From assembly GCA_965368975.1 (NCBI GenBank), contig CBDUPA010000001.1, positions 320,001-384,000 of the forward strand: DNA of 64,000 bases. The letters run 5' to 3'. This stretch comes from an uncultured bacterium (GTDB lineage Bacteria; Acidobacteriota; Thermoanaerobaculia; Multivoradales; JAHZIX01). Below, piece by piece: positions 44,590 to 54,494 of this stretch (its first letter is position 1; every line of letters starts with the position of its first letter). Made by a program: the position numbers and the translations under genes. Below the pieces are notes generated by a model. The model was not told the DNA's origin, did not search any database, and saw only the letters and a list, made by a program, of their open reading frames with translations.

Positions 44590-46896
44590 ATGATCATGAA
44601 GAGTTTCTTGTATCGATCTCTGCCCGTTCTCTTGTGCTGTATGTTCAGCGCCGTGGTCTCCATTGCGGCGCCGGCAATGGCGCAGCCGGATCCGCGCTGC
44701 GCATGGGTCGCTGGCTTCCATGGCACTGGAATTCCGAGTGGCGTGGTCAACGCTTCCGTGGTTTGGGACGATGGTAATAGCCCGGCTCTGGTCGTTGCCG
44801 GTTCGTTGGGGGCCATCGGAGATGTATCGGCCAGCAACATCGCGCGCTGGAGCGGCTCCATGTGGACGCCCCTTGGCAGTGGGTTGCAGGGGCAGGTTCG
44901 GGCGCTGGCGGTGTACGACGATGGCGCTGGCTCGGCGCTTTACGCTGGTGGCTACTTCACGACCGCGGGCAACGTTCCTGTGAATTACATCGCCAAGTGG
45001 GATGGTTCGTCGTGGTCGGCGCTGGGTACCGGAATGGATGCCAAGGTCGAGGAGCTGGTGGTGTACGACGACGGGAGCGGTGCTGCACTCTACGCTGCAG
45101 GTAGCTTCCAGACGGCCGGCGGTGTCAACGTTGAAGGACTCGCCAAGTGGCAGGGCTCAGCCTGGTCTGCCGTCAGCGGAGGTGGCTCAGTGCATCTCGA
45201 GGCACTGGCGGTGTACGACGACGGCGCTGGGCCTCGGCTCTATGCCTCGGGGCACTTCACCGAGATTGATGGTGTTCCGGCCAATCGAATAGCGGCCTGG
45301 GATGGGAGTTCCTGGGCAGCCCTCGGGACTGGCCTGGATAGGCCGTCGCAGACGCTGACCGTACACGACGATGGAGACGGACCAGCCTTGTATGCCGGCG
45401 GCTACTTTGCCTCGGCAGGCGGCCTCAGTGTCGAGAAGATTGCGCGTTGGGATGGCACGTCTTGGAGTGCTGTTGGGGGTGGTCTGGATTTCATCGTCCA
45501 CGCTTTGACGGTTCATGATGACGGTGGCGGCCCGGCGCTCTATGCCTCGGTCGAAGTTCCGAGTGGGATCCCCAACGGGGGCCGGGTCGCGCGCTGGGAC
45601 GGCGTGACCTGGTCGGACGTCGGTACGGGCATGGACAATCTGGTGAAGACGCTCACCTCTTTCGACACGGGCGCTGCCTCAGTGCTCTACGCAGGGGGGC
45701 AGTTCACGGTCGCAGGTGGAGTCGCTGCCGGTCGCATCGCGGGTTGGGATGGCAGCGTGTGGTCTTCGCCCGACCCGAGCGCCGGCGCCGGTTTGAGTGA
45801 CGAGGTCAGAGCCTTTGCCGTCTTTGACGATGGAGGAGGTCCGAACCTCTACGCCGGTGGTAGCTTTGCCACTGCCGGTGGCACCTTGGTACACGGGGTA
45901 GCACGTTGGGACGGTGGCGTCTGGACGCCGCTGAGTTCGGGCATGAACGGCCGACTTCTGGCTCTGACGGTGTACGACGACGGCACTGGCCCGGCCTTGA
46001 TCGCAGGCGGCGAGTTCACCGAAGCGGGCGGGGTGAGCGCCAACCGAATCGCGAAATGGGACGGCACGGCCTGGAGCCCACTGAGTTCCGGTGCAGATGG
46101 CCCCGTGCGGGCACTGATTGTCCACGACGACGGCACCGGCCCAGCCCTCTACGCGGGTGGTGCCTTCGACCGAATCGGTGGTCACATTTCCCGTGGTATC
46201 GGGCGCTGGGATGGCACGGACTGGGCACACCTGGTGATCAGCGTGCCCGGTTCAGTCTCGGCCTTGGTGGTGTACGACGATGGCACCGGTCCGGCGCTCT
46301 ACGTGGGGGGCGAGTTCGAGTTCAACAACGGCAGCACTATGGTGAACAACATCGCCAGGTGGAACGGCACGAGTTGGCACGCGCTGGGCGCGGGGTTGGA
46401 CAACCGGGTCGACGCGATGGTTGTGTATGACGACGGCGCCAGCGAACAGCTCTATGTCGGGGGACATTTCTTTACCGCCGGAGGCATCTCGGTGCCGGGC
46501 CTGGCGCGTTGGGATGGCGGCGCCTGGAGCACCGCCGGCCCCAACCTCGACAACGGCGGCATCAAGACCTTCGCCATCTACGACGACGGCAACGGTCCCG
46601 TACTCTTCGCTGGTGGTTTCTTCGCCTTCATCGGTGGCGTCAACGCACCACGTATCGCCAGGTGGAACGGGGTGAGTTGGGCGCCTGTGGGCACTGGAAT
46701 GAGCAGTCACGTCTGGGCTCTTGCGGCCTATGACGACGGCCGTAACAGCTCTTTGTTCGCCGGGGGCAACTTCAGCTTCGCCGAAGCTATTCCATCTGCC
46801 ATGATCGCCAACTATCGTTGTCCTACCGCGATTTTCCGTGACGGCTTCGAGAGCGGTGATACAAGCGCATGGTCGGAGCCAGATTCCGAGCCCTGA
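44590..46896 (+). CDS. Secreted beta-propeller repeat protein with C-terminal IFxDGFESGDxSAWS motif
   Basis: Many approximately 55-aa repeats (AL.VYDDG.GPALYAGG.F...IARWDG..WS.LG.G). Signal peptide. Ends IFRDGFESGDTSAWSEPDSEP. Confidence 0.85.
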   Translation: MIMKSFLYRSLPVLLCCMFSAVVSIAAPAMAQPDPRCAWVAGFHGTGIPSGVVNASVVWDDGNSPALVVAGSLGAIGDVSASNIARWSGSMWTPLGSGLQGQVRALAVYDDGAGSALYAGGYFTTAGNVPVNYIAKWDGSSWSALGTGMDAKVEELVVYDDGSGAALYAAGSFQTAGGVNVEGLAKWQGSAWSAVSGGGSVHLEALAVYDDGAGPRLYASGHFTEIDGVPANRIAAWDGSSWAALGTGLDRPSQTLTVHDDGDGPALYAGGYFASAGGLSVEKIARWDGTSWSAVGGGLDFIVHALTVHDDGGGPALYASVEVPSGIPNGGRVARWDGVTWSDVGTGMDNLVKTLTSFDTGAASVLYAGGQFTVAGGVAAGRIAGWDGSVWSSPDPSAGAGLSDEVRAFAVFDDGGGPNLYAGGSFATAGGTLVHGVARWDGGVWTPLSSGMNGRLLALTVYDDGTGPALIAGGEFTEAGGVSANRIAKWDGTAWSPLSSGADGPVRALIVHDDGTGPALYAGGAFDRIGGHISRGIGRWDGTDWAHLVISVPGSVSALVVYDDGTGPALYVGGEFEFNNGSTMVNNIARWNGTSWHALGAGLDNRVDAMVVYDDGASEQLYVGGHFFTAGGISVPGLARWDGGAWSTAGPNLDNGGIKTFAIYDDGNGPVLFAGGFFAFIGGVNAPRIARWNGVSWAPVGTGMSSHVWALAAYDDGRNSSLFAGGNFSFAEAIPSAMIANYRCPTAIFRDGFESGDTSAWSEPDSEP

Positions 46897-47003
46897 ACTA
46901 CCAGACTCACTCTTCTGGTTCCTGCTGCGGGCTTCTTCTGGGCTTGGTCCAACAGAAAGAAGCCCACGCTGGCTCTCGGGTAAGCCTCGGCTATCATCGT
47001 CAC

Positions 47004-47831
47004 ATGTTTCAGATGGATCTGACGACCACGTCTGACTCCAGTTGCTTGCTGCCCCTCTTTGCTGATCACCAGCAGCTACGAGCGATCCGAGACGCTGTTC
47101 TCGAAGGCCGGTTCGGTCGAGCCTGGGTGGATCAAGCGCAGCGGCCAGCCGTGGCGCGACTGGATCTGGGCTGCTATGCGATCTTCGGTGGAGACTCGAC
47201 TGCGGACAGTGCCCAGGTACTCATCGAGAGCGTCGCCGCGCCGAGAGAACTGATCTATCCCGATACCGCGTGGCGACGGCGTCTGCTGCAGGCGTTCGAG
47301 TCGAGGCTGCAGGATCGGCCCATGGAGGCCTTTTCCGGCGCGCGTCTGGCGCCCGCACGGCTGCAGGTGCTCGCCGAGGCGTTGCCAGCCGGATACCGGT
47401 GCGCTGCGCTGAATGCAGACGACGCGACGCAGCTCGATGCCGGTCTGGAGCCACACGGACTGCAGGTTTACAGGGACCCGGAAGTACTGGTTCGAGACGG
47501 CATGGCTTGGGGCCTCTTCACCACCGCTGCTGAGCCTCGCCTGGTCAGTATCGCCAGTTCCTACGCGATGTCGAATCGTAGCGTCGAGGTGGCGATCTCC
47601 ACGCGACCGGAACATCGAGGCCGCGGTCTGGCCGTTGCTGTGGCTGCCCGCTTCTGCCTGGAGGCTCTGCGCCGAGGTTTGGAGCCGTGTTGGAACGCGG
47701 CCAATCCGGTGTCCAAGCGCTTGGCACGTCGTTTGGGGTTCGAACCGGCGGGGGAATGTGAGGTCTTGTTCTTGGAAGGCGGTCGAAGGCGCACCGGCTC
47801 CGCGGGATCTCCCGCAGAGCCGGCGGCGTGA
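47004..47831 (+). CDS. GNAT-family N-acetyltransferase
   Basis: EVAISTRPEHRGRGLA acetyl-CoA motif and WNAANPVSKRLARRLGF. Confidence 0.85.
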   Translation: MFQMDLTTTSDSSCLLPLFADHQQLRAIRDAVLEGRFGRAWVDQAQRPAVARLDLGCYAIFGGDSTADSAQVLIESVAAPRELIYPDTAWRRRLLQAFESRLQDRPMEAFSGARLAPARLQVLAEALPAGYRCAALNADDATQLDAGLEPHGLQVYRDPEVLVRDGMAWGLFTTAAEPRLVSIASSYAMSNRSVEVAISTRPEHRGRGLAVAVAARFCLEALRRGLEPCWNAANPVSKRLARRLGFEPAGECEVLFLEGGRRRTGSAGSPAEPAA

Positions 47832-47835
47832 GCCT

Positions 47836-48900
47836 CTAGTACGTCGATCCGTCGGCAGGCTTCTTCTTGGCGCCTCCCAACAGGAAGCTGAAGTCCGCGC
47901 TCGTGCAGGTCGGCTTCCCTTCAGGATCCGGTGGGCAGTAGGTCGTGGTGGCTCCAGTGTGGCAACCGATACAGGTGTGCGGGAACTTCTGGTAGAAGGT
48001 CTCCATAGTCGTATTGGACACGAACTCTGGTGTGCCCGCTGCCGCGGCGCCGGTTGCCCATTGTGTGCTGACTTGCTCATAGTGCTCCCAGACCGAGCCG
48101 ACGAGTAGCCCTCGGTAGTACGCATTGAGCTGAGCGGCGTTGTCTTCGATCGGTGTTTCGCGCACCACTTGCGCGGGAGTCTGGATCGGTGTGCCGTCGG
48201 GGTTGAGTTCCTTGGCGGCAGTCCAGGGTTGGGGCACGGTCTCGGTGTTCACCGGTGCGCAGTCGCTGCAGTCCGGTTTGAAGAAGGAACTGGTGGTGTT
48301 GTCGACCTGCTCGAACGTCGACCAGACAAAGCCGAAGGTCGGGTCCTTGTGCACGATGTGGAGGCCTACCAGGCCGAGTGTCACCGGCTGCGGCTCGGGA
48401 CTGGCCTCGCCCGCGACGTCGTTGTAGATCACTCCCTGGGTGGTGTAGAAGCGGATGGGTTGATGGTTCTTCTCCTCCTCGCTCAATACCTTCCAGGCTG
48501 CCTTGATCTCGATCGCTCCGGCGGTGCCACAGGGAATCTTGTCGCCTGCAGGGCTCAAGCAGTTTTCTTGACCGGCGTAGGGGAAGTCGATGGTCTTGCC
48601 GACCTGGCCGGAAACCCAGTTGAGATCATTGGTCGTGATGTAGTTGTACTCGTCCTCATTGACGTGGATGGTGTAGCGTACCCAGCGCCCGTTACGGTCG
48701 ACCAGCGGACCGGTGAATGCTTCGAGTACGCCATGAAACTGCCCGCTGTCAGGAATCTTCGACAGGCCGTGGAAGTCCGGAGACTCATTTGCCACCAGGG
48801 CTTGAGAGCACCACGGGGCCGCTCCGTCTTCCGAGAAGATATCGGTGTTGCGCAGGTAGGTCTCCCAGACCCGTTTGCCGGCCGTATCGGATGGGCTACT
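47836..48900 (-). pseudogene. 5'-truncated cytochrome c-like protein (C-terminal CxxCH)
   Basis: CIGCH near the C-terminus, plus IEIKAAWK, LVGLHIVHK and WSTFEQVDN. The frame continues upstream of GTG 48795 through VWETY to a stop at 48919-48921, with no start codon or signal peptide. Confidence 0.6.
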
Positions 48901-48902
48901 AG

Positions 48903-49407
48903 CCGATGCTCGAGCTGATTACCTGCTTGCAGCGCAACGGCTCTCGCATCTACATCGTCTCCGCCGGTGGCGTCGACTTCATGCGGCCCTGGGCGGCGCC
49001 TATCTACGGCATCGCACCGGAGCACGTCGTTGGTACGAGCGTCAAGGCCCAGTTTCGGATGGTAGACGCAGAACCGGTTGACCAGCGTCTATCGGAGATC
49101 TTCTTCTTCGACGACAAGGGCGGCAAGCCGGTGTCGATCCAGCACCACATCGGTCGCCGTCCGATCGCCGCGTTCGGCAACTCGGATGGGGACCTTGCAG
49201 ATGCTGCAGTGGACGACGGCCGGCAGCGGCCGGCGCTTTCGTTTGCTGGTTCACCACACGGACGCGGAGCGCGAGTGGGAGTACGACCGGGATTCGGACG
49301 TGGGCAAATTGGACAAGGCGCTGGATGCGGCACCGTCGCAGGGGTGGACGGTGGTGGATATGAAGAAGGATTGGAAGGTGGTGTTTCCGCCGTCGCCGCG
49401 ACCCTAG
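48903..49407 (+). pseudogene. HAD-family (acid phosphatase-like) fragment, 5'-truncated and frameshifted
   Basis: Begins mid-protein (PMLEL...IVSAGGVDFMRP) and lacks the DxD motif I. GNSDGDL continues as QMLQWT in another frame after an extra T at 49195-49196. Confidence 0.75.
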
Positions 49408-49410
49408 CGC

Positions 49411-49475
49411 GAGCTGGCCGTCGTCGAGTTGGCCGTCGTCGAACTGGTCGTCGTCGAGCTGATAGTCGGCGAGCT
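49411..49475. repeat. About 4 x 15-bp tandem repeat
   Basis: GAGCTGGCCGTCGTC-type units directly after the HAD stop codon. Confidence 0.8.
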
Positions 49476-49601
49476 CGGATCCGGCGGGGATCTTGCTCGT
49501 GCTTCATCCAGAATGGGTGTTTTGGCGTAGGGATACATAGGGATCATCAAATCTCGATTCATTCAAGAATGGCCAATTCGCTCTCAGGGAGATGAATCAA
49601 C

Positions 49602-50186
49602 ATGCATAGAGATTCTGTACTCGAACCGATCTGCACTGCCCTGGCGCTGCTCGGCTGCACTCTGTTGGCGGTCGCCCCCCTGGCTGCTTCGAGTCACCGC
49701 GAAGCTCCGGGCATCCTGTCCATGCCGCAAGTGGACGGCACTGACTTCTACATGTTCCGCAGCTACGAGCCCGGCCGTGCTGGCTTCGTGACGTTGATCG
49801 CCAACTACAACCCGTTGCAGGATCCCTACGGGGGTCCGAACTACTTCCCGCTCGATCCGGACGCCTTCTACGACATCCACATCACCAACAACGGGGACGC
49901 CGAAGAGGATCTGACGTTTCGCTTCCGTTTCCGTCAGAACTCGCCTTTCATCGCGCTCGACATCGGCGCCCATCGAGACCCTGAGGGGACTTTCCGTGCC
50001 GGCGACTATCAGCTCTATCCCGAGGGGTCGACGCACGCGCCGCGTGTCGATCCCGGCAGCCCCGGCTGGGTCGTGGCACGCCTCGGAGGGCGCGTGCGCT
50101 TTACCGGCATCCGAGGCCTGGCGGTGGCACTTTGGCGCCGCACCAGAGCGCTGCGGCGCACGGTAGCTTCGAAGCCTTCGAATTAG
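49602..50186 (+). pseudogene. Chimeric ORF: DUF4331 N-terminus fused to a cupin/ChrR-like C-terminal fragment
   Basis: SSHREAP...DGTDFYMF...IANYNPLQDPYGGPNYF...DLTFRFRF, then an abrupt switch near 49967 to GTFRAGD...GSTHAPRV. Confidence 0.6.
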
Positions 50187-50701
50187 CCGATGCGCCCGGT
50201 TCTCCCGCGCAGGTTCCCGGAGCGCACCCAGAGGCGCGAGAGCAATCTTGGGTAGCTTTCGCTCAGCTTGCCGCGCTGCTCGGCGGTCAGCTCGGCGATG
50301 ACCGCGATCATCATGTCGATCTGCTGCTGCACGGGCGTGCTGGTCGTGGTGGCGATCTCGTCACGGCTCGCGCGAGCAGCCGTGGTGTCGCCGCGGCCCA
50401 GAGCTTCGCCCAGGTTCTTCAGAGCCTCGCGGTGCTTCTTGAGTTCCTCTCCACGCTGCTCGAGGAAGGCCACCAGATGGCCGTCCATGCGCGAACGCTG
50501 AGCGTCGCTCAGACCGAGTTCCTCGACCTTCTGTGGTTGATTCCACCACAGCTTCGACACCAACTTCTGGGTCTGTGTCGCGGCGCGCTCCTCGGCCGGT
50601 GATGCCTGAGCTTGCGCGTTCGTTGCTGTGATTGGGGTGAAAAGCGCCAGGCAGGTACCGGCGAAGAGGAGGTGGCGTAGAGTTTGCCGGGTGCGGGACA
50701 T
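50183..50701 (-). CDS. Spy/CpxP-like periplasmic helical protein
   Basis: Signal peptide, WWNQP...LGLSDAQR and LTAEQR motifs. AGGAG RBS. Confidence 0.7.
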   Translation of the reverse strand: MSRTRQTLRHLLFAGTCLALFTPITATNAQAQASPAEERAATQTQKLVSKLWWNQPQKVEELGLSDAQRSRMDGHLVAFLEQRGEELKKHREALKNLGEALGRGDTTAARASRDEIATTTSTPVQQQIDMMIAVIAELTAEQRGKLSESYPRLLSRLWVRSGNLRGRTGRIG

Positions 50702-50809
50702 GGTGAGCTCCTGAGGAAGTAGTGTTGTATCCGGGGCCGGTATACTATCGGGCCGATCAGGAAGCCTGCAACGTCCTCGCACACGTCCCCCCGGAGATAT
50801 CGTCAGCTC

Positions 50810-53596
50810 ATGCGTACACTGAGACTCCTCGCTCTGGCTCTCTTCGTAGCCGCCGCCGCCATCCTTGTCTTTGTCTTCGTGCGCCAGCCACCATCGGCTT
50901 CCGAGGGGGCGGCACGTGCTGGGCGTGAGCTGCCGCGCGGCGAGCGTTCGGTGTTGGTGGTCACGGTGGACACCACGCGTCCCGATCGACTCGAGCCCTA
51001 TGGTGCCGATAACGTCGAGACACCGGTACTGTCCCGCTTGGCGCAGCGCGGCATCGTGTTCGAGAACGCTTCTGCGGTGGCACCGATCACGCTGGTCGCG
51101 CACACCAGCATTCTGTCCGGTCTCTATCCGTTCGAGCACGGCGTGCGCAACAATGGCCTGCAATACGTCTCGGAGTCGGTGACCACGCTAGCCGAGCGGC
51201 TGCAGGCAGAGGACTACCGAACGGCTGCCTTTGTTTCGGCTGCCGTGCTCGACCAACGCTACGGCCTCGATCAGGGTTTCGAGGTCTACGATGACGATCT
51301 GTCGCAGCGGCGCAACGTCAGCCCGCGCATGGTCGCGGATCGGCCTGCCGAGTACACGGTCGCGGCCGCGGCTGCCTGGCTGGATGGCTTGGACGAGGAC
51401 GAGAACTTCTTCGCCTGGGTCCACTTCTACGACCCGCACGCCAGCTACTCACCGCCACCACCGTATCGCGACGAGTATCGAGAGCGGTTGTATGACGGTG
51501 AAATCGCCTACATGGACGCGCAGCTCGGCGAGCTGCTGAGTCACCCGCGCCTGCTTGGCGGTTGGGGCGCGACGCAGGGAGAGGGCGGTGGCGAACCGCC
51601 GATCGTGATGGTGATTGGCGATCATGGTGAGAGCCTGGGCGAACACGGCGAGCGTACGCACGCCATTCTGGCCTACGACTCGACCCTGCACGTTCCGTGG
51701 GTTCTGCATGTGCCGGGCGGCCCCTCCGGGCTGCGCATCAGCGAGCATGTTGGGCAAGTCGACCTGATGCCGACAGTGCTGTCCCTGCTCGAGCTTGCTC
51801 CCGCGCAGGGACTCGCTGGCCGTGACCTGGTACCGCTCATCGAGGGGCGCGTCGACGAGCCGGAACGTCCCTACTACTCCGAGACCTACCTGCCGTTTTA
51901 CACCTACGGCTGGGCCAAGCTGCGCGTGATGCGTCGCGGTCGCTGGAAACTGATCGACGCCCCCGCTCCCGAGCTCTACGACCTGGTGCGAGACCCCCGT
52001 GAGTTGACCGATCAGCACGGCCAGGAGAGTGGCTTGACGCATGACCTGAAGCGCGATCTCGACGAATGGTTGGAAGCTAGCGGGGATGGTGATCGCGAGG
52101 CCAGCCTGTCGCTCGACAGCGAAGCGCTGGCGCAACTGCGCAGCCTGGGGTATGCCTCGGTGGGCAGCGGGCGGCAGGACGACGGCAGCGAGCGGCCGAA
52201 TCCGATGGAGATGATCGAGCAGCACGTCGGCCTGGAGCGGGCCCGCACCTTCCTTGCCGATCGCTTGTACGACCAGGCGGTGCGACAACTCGAGGGCGTC
52301 TTGCGGCGTGACCCTCAGAATCTGGCGGCCTTGATCGACCTGGTGCGTGCGCACGAGGGGCTGGGCAACATCGAGGAAGCGCTGCGTCTTGCCGAGCGGG
52401 CCCTGACGCTGGATCCCGAGTACACCCAGACGTACATGATGCTGGCGCGCTTGGAAGCCCAGCACGACGACCTGCCCAAGGCGATCGAACTGGTCGATCT
52501 GGCGATCGGGCGTGACCCACAGCATCCAGACCTACGGATTCAGAAAGCCTCGTTCCTGCAGCGCCTGGGTCGCCTGGACGAAGCGCGCGATGTTCTCGCC
52601 GAGAGCCTGACACAGAACCCCGAACATCCGCGAACCAATGCGGTCTACGCTCACATGGTCGAGGCTCGGCTAGGCGAGGTCGAGGCCGCTGAACGCCGTC
52701 TCGTCCAAGCTTTGGAAAACGATCCCTATCTGGATCAAGGATGGCTGTTCCTCGGTCGCATCCAGGAGCGCGGCCAGCGCTTCGACGATGCCTTGACCAG
52801 CTTACGTCGTGGTCTGCAGAGCCGGGCCGACGACGCCGACCTGCACGGTGCCATCGGGCATCTGCAAGCGCGGCTCCGGCAGCACGAGGAAGCCGTGGTG
52901 CACCTGCGCGAGGCGATCCGCCTGAGTCCACAGCCACGCTCTGAACTCTACGTCAGCTTGGGCGGCGTGCTGGCCGAACTGGGGCGTCTGGAAGAAGCGC
53001 GCCTCGAGTACGACAAAGTACTGGCTCTGGAGCCCAAGCATCCGGGAGCCCGCAACAACGCGGCGATCGCTCTCTACCGCTCCGGCCGCACCGAGGATGC
53101 CGAGGCGATGCTGAATCAGGTCGTTGCCGACTTTCCCCGCCTCGCCGATGCCCACAACAACCTGGCCGCCATCGCGGTCGACCAGCAGCAGTGGCAGGAC
53201 GTCATTCGACACAGCCGGCGGACCTTGGAGCTGGCTCCGACGGCGGTCGAGGCTTGGAACAACCTGGGGATCGGGCTGGAGGAAACCGGGCAGGTCGACG
53301 AAGCACGCGAAGCCTACGAGAAGGCGCTGGACATCGACGCCGAATACTGGCCCGGGTTCTTCAACCTTGGTTTGCTGTTGAAGAAGACTGGTGCGACCCG
53401 TGAAGCCGTGACCGCTTTCAACGAGGTACTGACGCGGGTACCCAACCATGCCGAGGCGCACCTGGAACTGGGCGAACTCTACAGCGAAGCGCTGGTCGAC
53501 TTGGCACAAGCGCGCGTGCACTGGAATGCCTTTCTGCGCCACGCACCGGCACACCCGCGCGGTGGGGAGATCCGGCAGCGTCTGGCGGCCCTCTGA
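50810..53596 (+). CDS. Sulfatase-like hydrolase with C-terminal TPR repeats
   Basis: VTVDTTRPD, PITLVAHTSILSG, WVHFYDPH, YDGEIAYMD, GDHGE and LRSLGY, then multiple TPRs (AWNNLG, AHNNL). Confidence 0.9.
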   Translation: MRTLRLLALALFVAAAAILVFVFVRQPPSASEGAARAGRELPRGERSVLVVTVDTTRPDRLEPYGADNVETPVLSRLAQRGIVFENASAVAPITLVAHTSILSGLYPFEHGVRNNGLQYVSESVTTLAERLQAEDYRTAAFVSAAVLDQRYGLDQGFEVYDDDLSQRRNVSPRMVADRPAEYTVAAAAAWLDGLDEDENFFAWVHFYDPHASYSPPPPYRDEYRERLYDGEIAYMDAQLGELLSHPRLLGGWGATQGEGGGEPPIVMVIGDHGESLGEHGERTHAILAYDSTLHVPWVLHVPGGPSGLRISEHVGQVDLMPTVLSLLELAPAQGLAGRDLVPLIEGRVDEPERPYYSETYLPFYTYGWAKLRVMRRGRWKLIDAPAPELYDLVRDPRELTDQHGQESGLTHDLKRDLDEWLEASGDGDREASLSLDSEALAQLRSLGYASVGSGRQDDGSERPNPMEMIEQHVGLERARTFLADRLYDQAVRQLEGVLRRDPQNLAALIDLVRAHEGLGNIEEALRLAERALTLDPEYTQTYMMLARLEAQHDDLPKAIELVDLAIGRDPQHPDLRIQKASFLQRLGRLDEARDVLAESLTQNPEHPRTNAVYAHMVEARLGEVEAAERRLVQALENDPYLDQGWLFLGRIQERGQRFDDALTSLRRGLQSRADDADLHGAIGHLQARLRQHEEAVVHLREAIRLSPQPRSELYVSLGGVLAELGRLEEARLEYDKVLALEPKHPGARNNAAIALYRSGRTEDAEAMLNQVVADFPRLADAHNNLAAIAVDQQQWQDVIRHSRRTLELAPTAVEAWNNLGIGLEETGQVDEAREAYEKALDIDAEYWPGFFNLGLLLKKTGATREAVTAFNEVLTRVPNHAEAHLELGELYSEALVDLAQARVHWNAFLRHAPAHPRGGEIRQRLAAL

Positions 53597-53732
53597 GTGT
53601 CGAGCTTGGGCAGGCGACGATCCGGTGCGCCATCGTCCGAACGGTGCACGCCGGCATTGCACATGAACGCCTTCTAAAGTAGACTCCCAGAGTCCGAAAG
53701 GACACCTCCGCCAAACATCCTGATTGCTTGAA

Positions 53733-53746
53733 AGATCCTAGGATCT
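53733..53746. promoter_or_regulatory. Perfect 14-bp palindrome, possible operator
   Basis: AGATCCTAGGATCT abuts a TTGAAA (-35-like) hexamer, 80 bp upstream of the IPTL-CTERM gene. Confidence 0.35.
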
Positions 53747-53825
53747 AGAGGTTCGAATTTCGGTAGGTCTGGCGCTTCAGGAGTCAGATACTCGGAGTCG
53801 CCCTCTGCCCTCGAAGGAAATCGAT

Positions 53826-54494
53826 ATGTCGAAGTCACTGCTCAAGGCCACACTGCTGCTCGCTGTCGTCTTGGTGCTCGCGCCACTGGCAGCCGAGGCC
53901 AGCCACATTACCGGTATCCGCATCACGCCGACCGGCGTCGCTGGCCTGCAGGTCAACGTCGACGTGACCGCCTTCTACTCCACCGGTTCGACGGAGACAA
54001 CGGCGTATCTTGGCACCTACTACAACCAGGTTCCGGCGATCGATTGGGGTGACGGCAATACGACTCCCCGATATGGCTACGGTTCTTCGACGGGAATTCC
54101 GTTGGTAGCGACCAGCACGGTGGTGAACGGCATTCCCGCACGAGCCTACCGGGGTAGCTTCATGCACACCTACACAGCTCCCGGCAACTACACGATCGCG
54201 GCCAACACGGCCTGCTGTCCGTTGACGACGCCGACGTACACCCTGGTATCTGGCACGATTCTCACCACGACGTTCACCACCTCGACCCCGTTCTCGACCA
54301 TGGCAACGGTCACCACGTCGTTCGTCCAGAACACGCTCGCCGTTGCTGTCGGAGAGCTCAGCAACGCGCTCGACATTCCGACCGCGTCTAACGTCGGCTT
54401 GGTGTTGCTGGCCGGTCTGCTGATGATCGCGGCCTTCTATGTACTACGGCGCAGTCGGGTTCGGGACAGCGTGAGGTCGACGCTCCGGCAGTGA
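53826..54494 (+). CDS. IPTL-CTERM-type surface protein, PKD-like (paralog 1)
   Basis: Signal peptide AEA-SH, DWGDG and HTY..PGNYTI PKD motifs, C-terminal DIPTAS + TM helix + RR. Confidence 0.8.
   Translation: MSKSLLKATLLLAVVLVLAPLAAEASHITGIRITPTGVAGLQVNVDVTAFYSTGSTETTAYLGTYYNQVPAIDWGDGNTTPRYGYGSSTGIPLVATSTVVNGIPARAYRGSFMHTYTAPGNYTIAANTACCPLTTPTYTLVSGTILTTTFTTSTPFSTMATVTTSFVQNTLAVAVGELSNALDIPTASNVGLVLLAGLLMIAAFYVLRRSRVRDSVRSTLRQ

Noticed and set aside
44590-46896. DNA repeat array or DGR-like template/variable repeats
   Set aside because: The repetition is protein-level propeller blades with synonymous divergence. There is no reverse transcriptase or adenine-specific variation.
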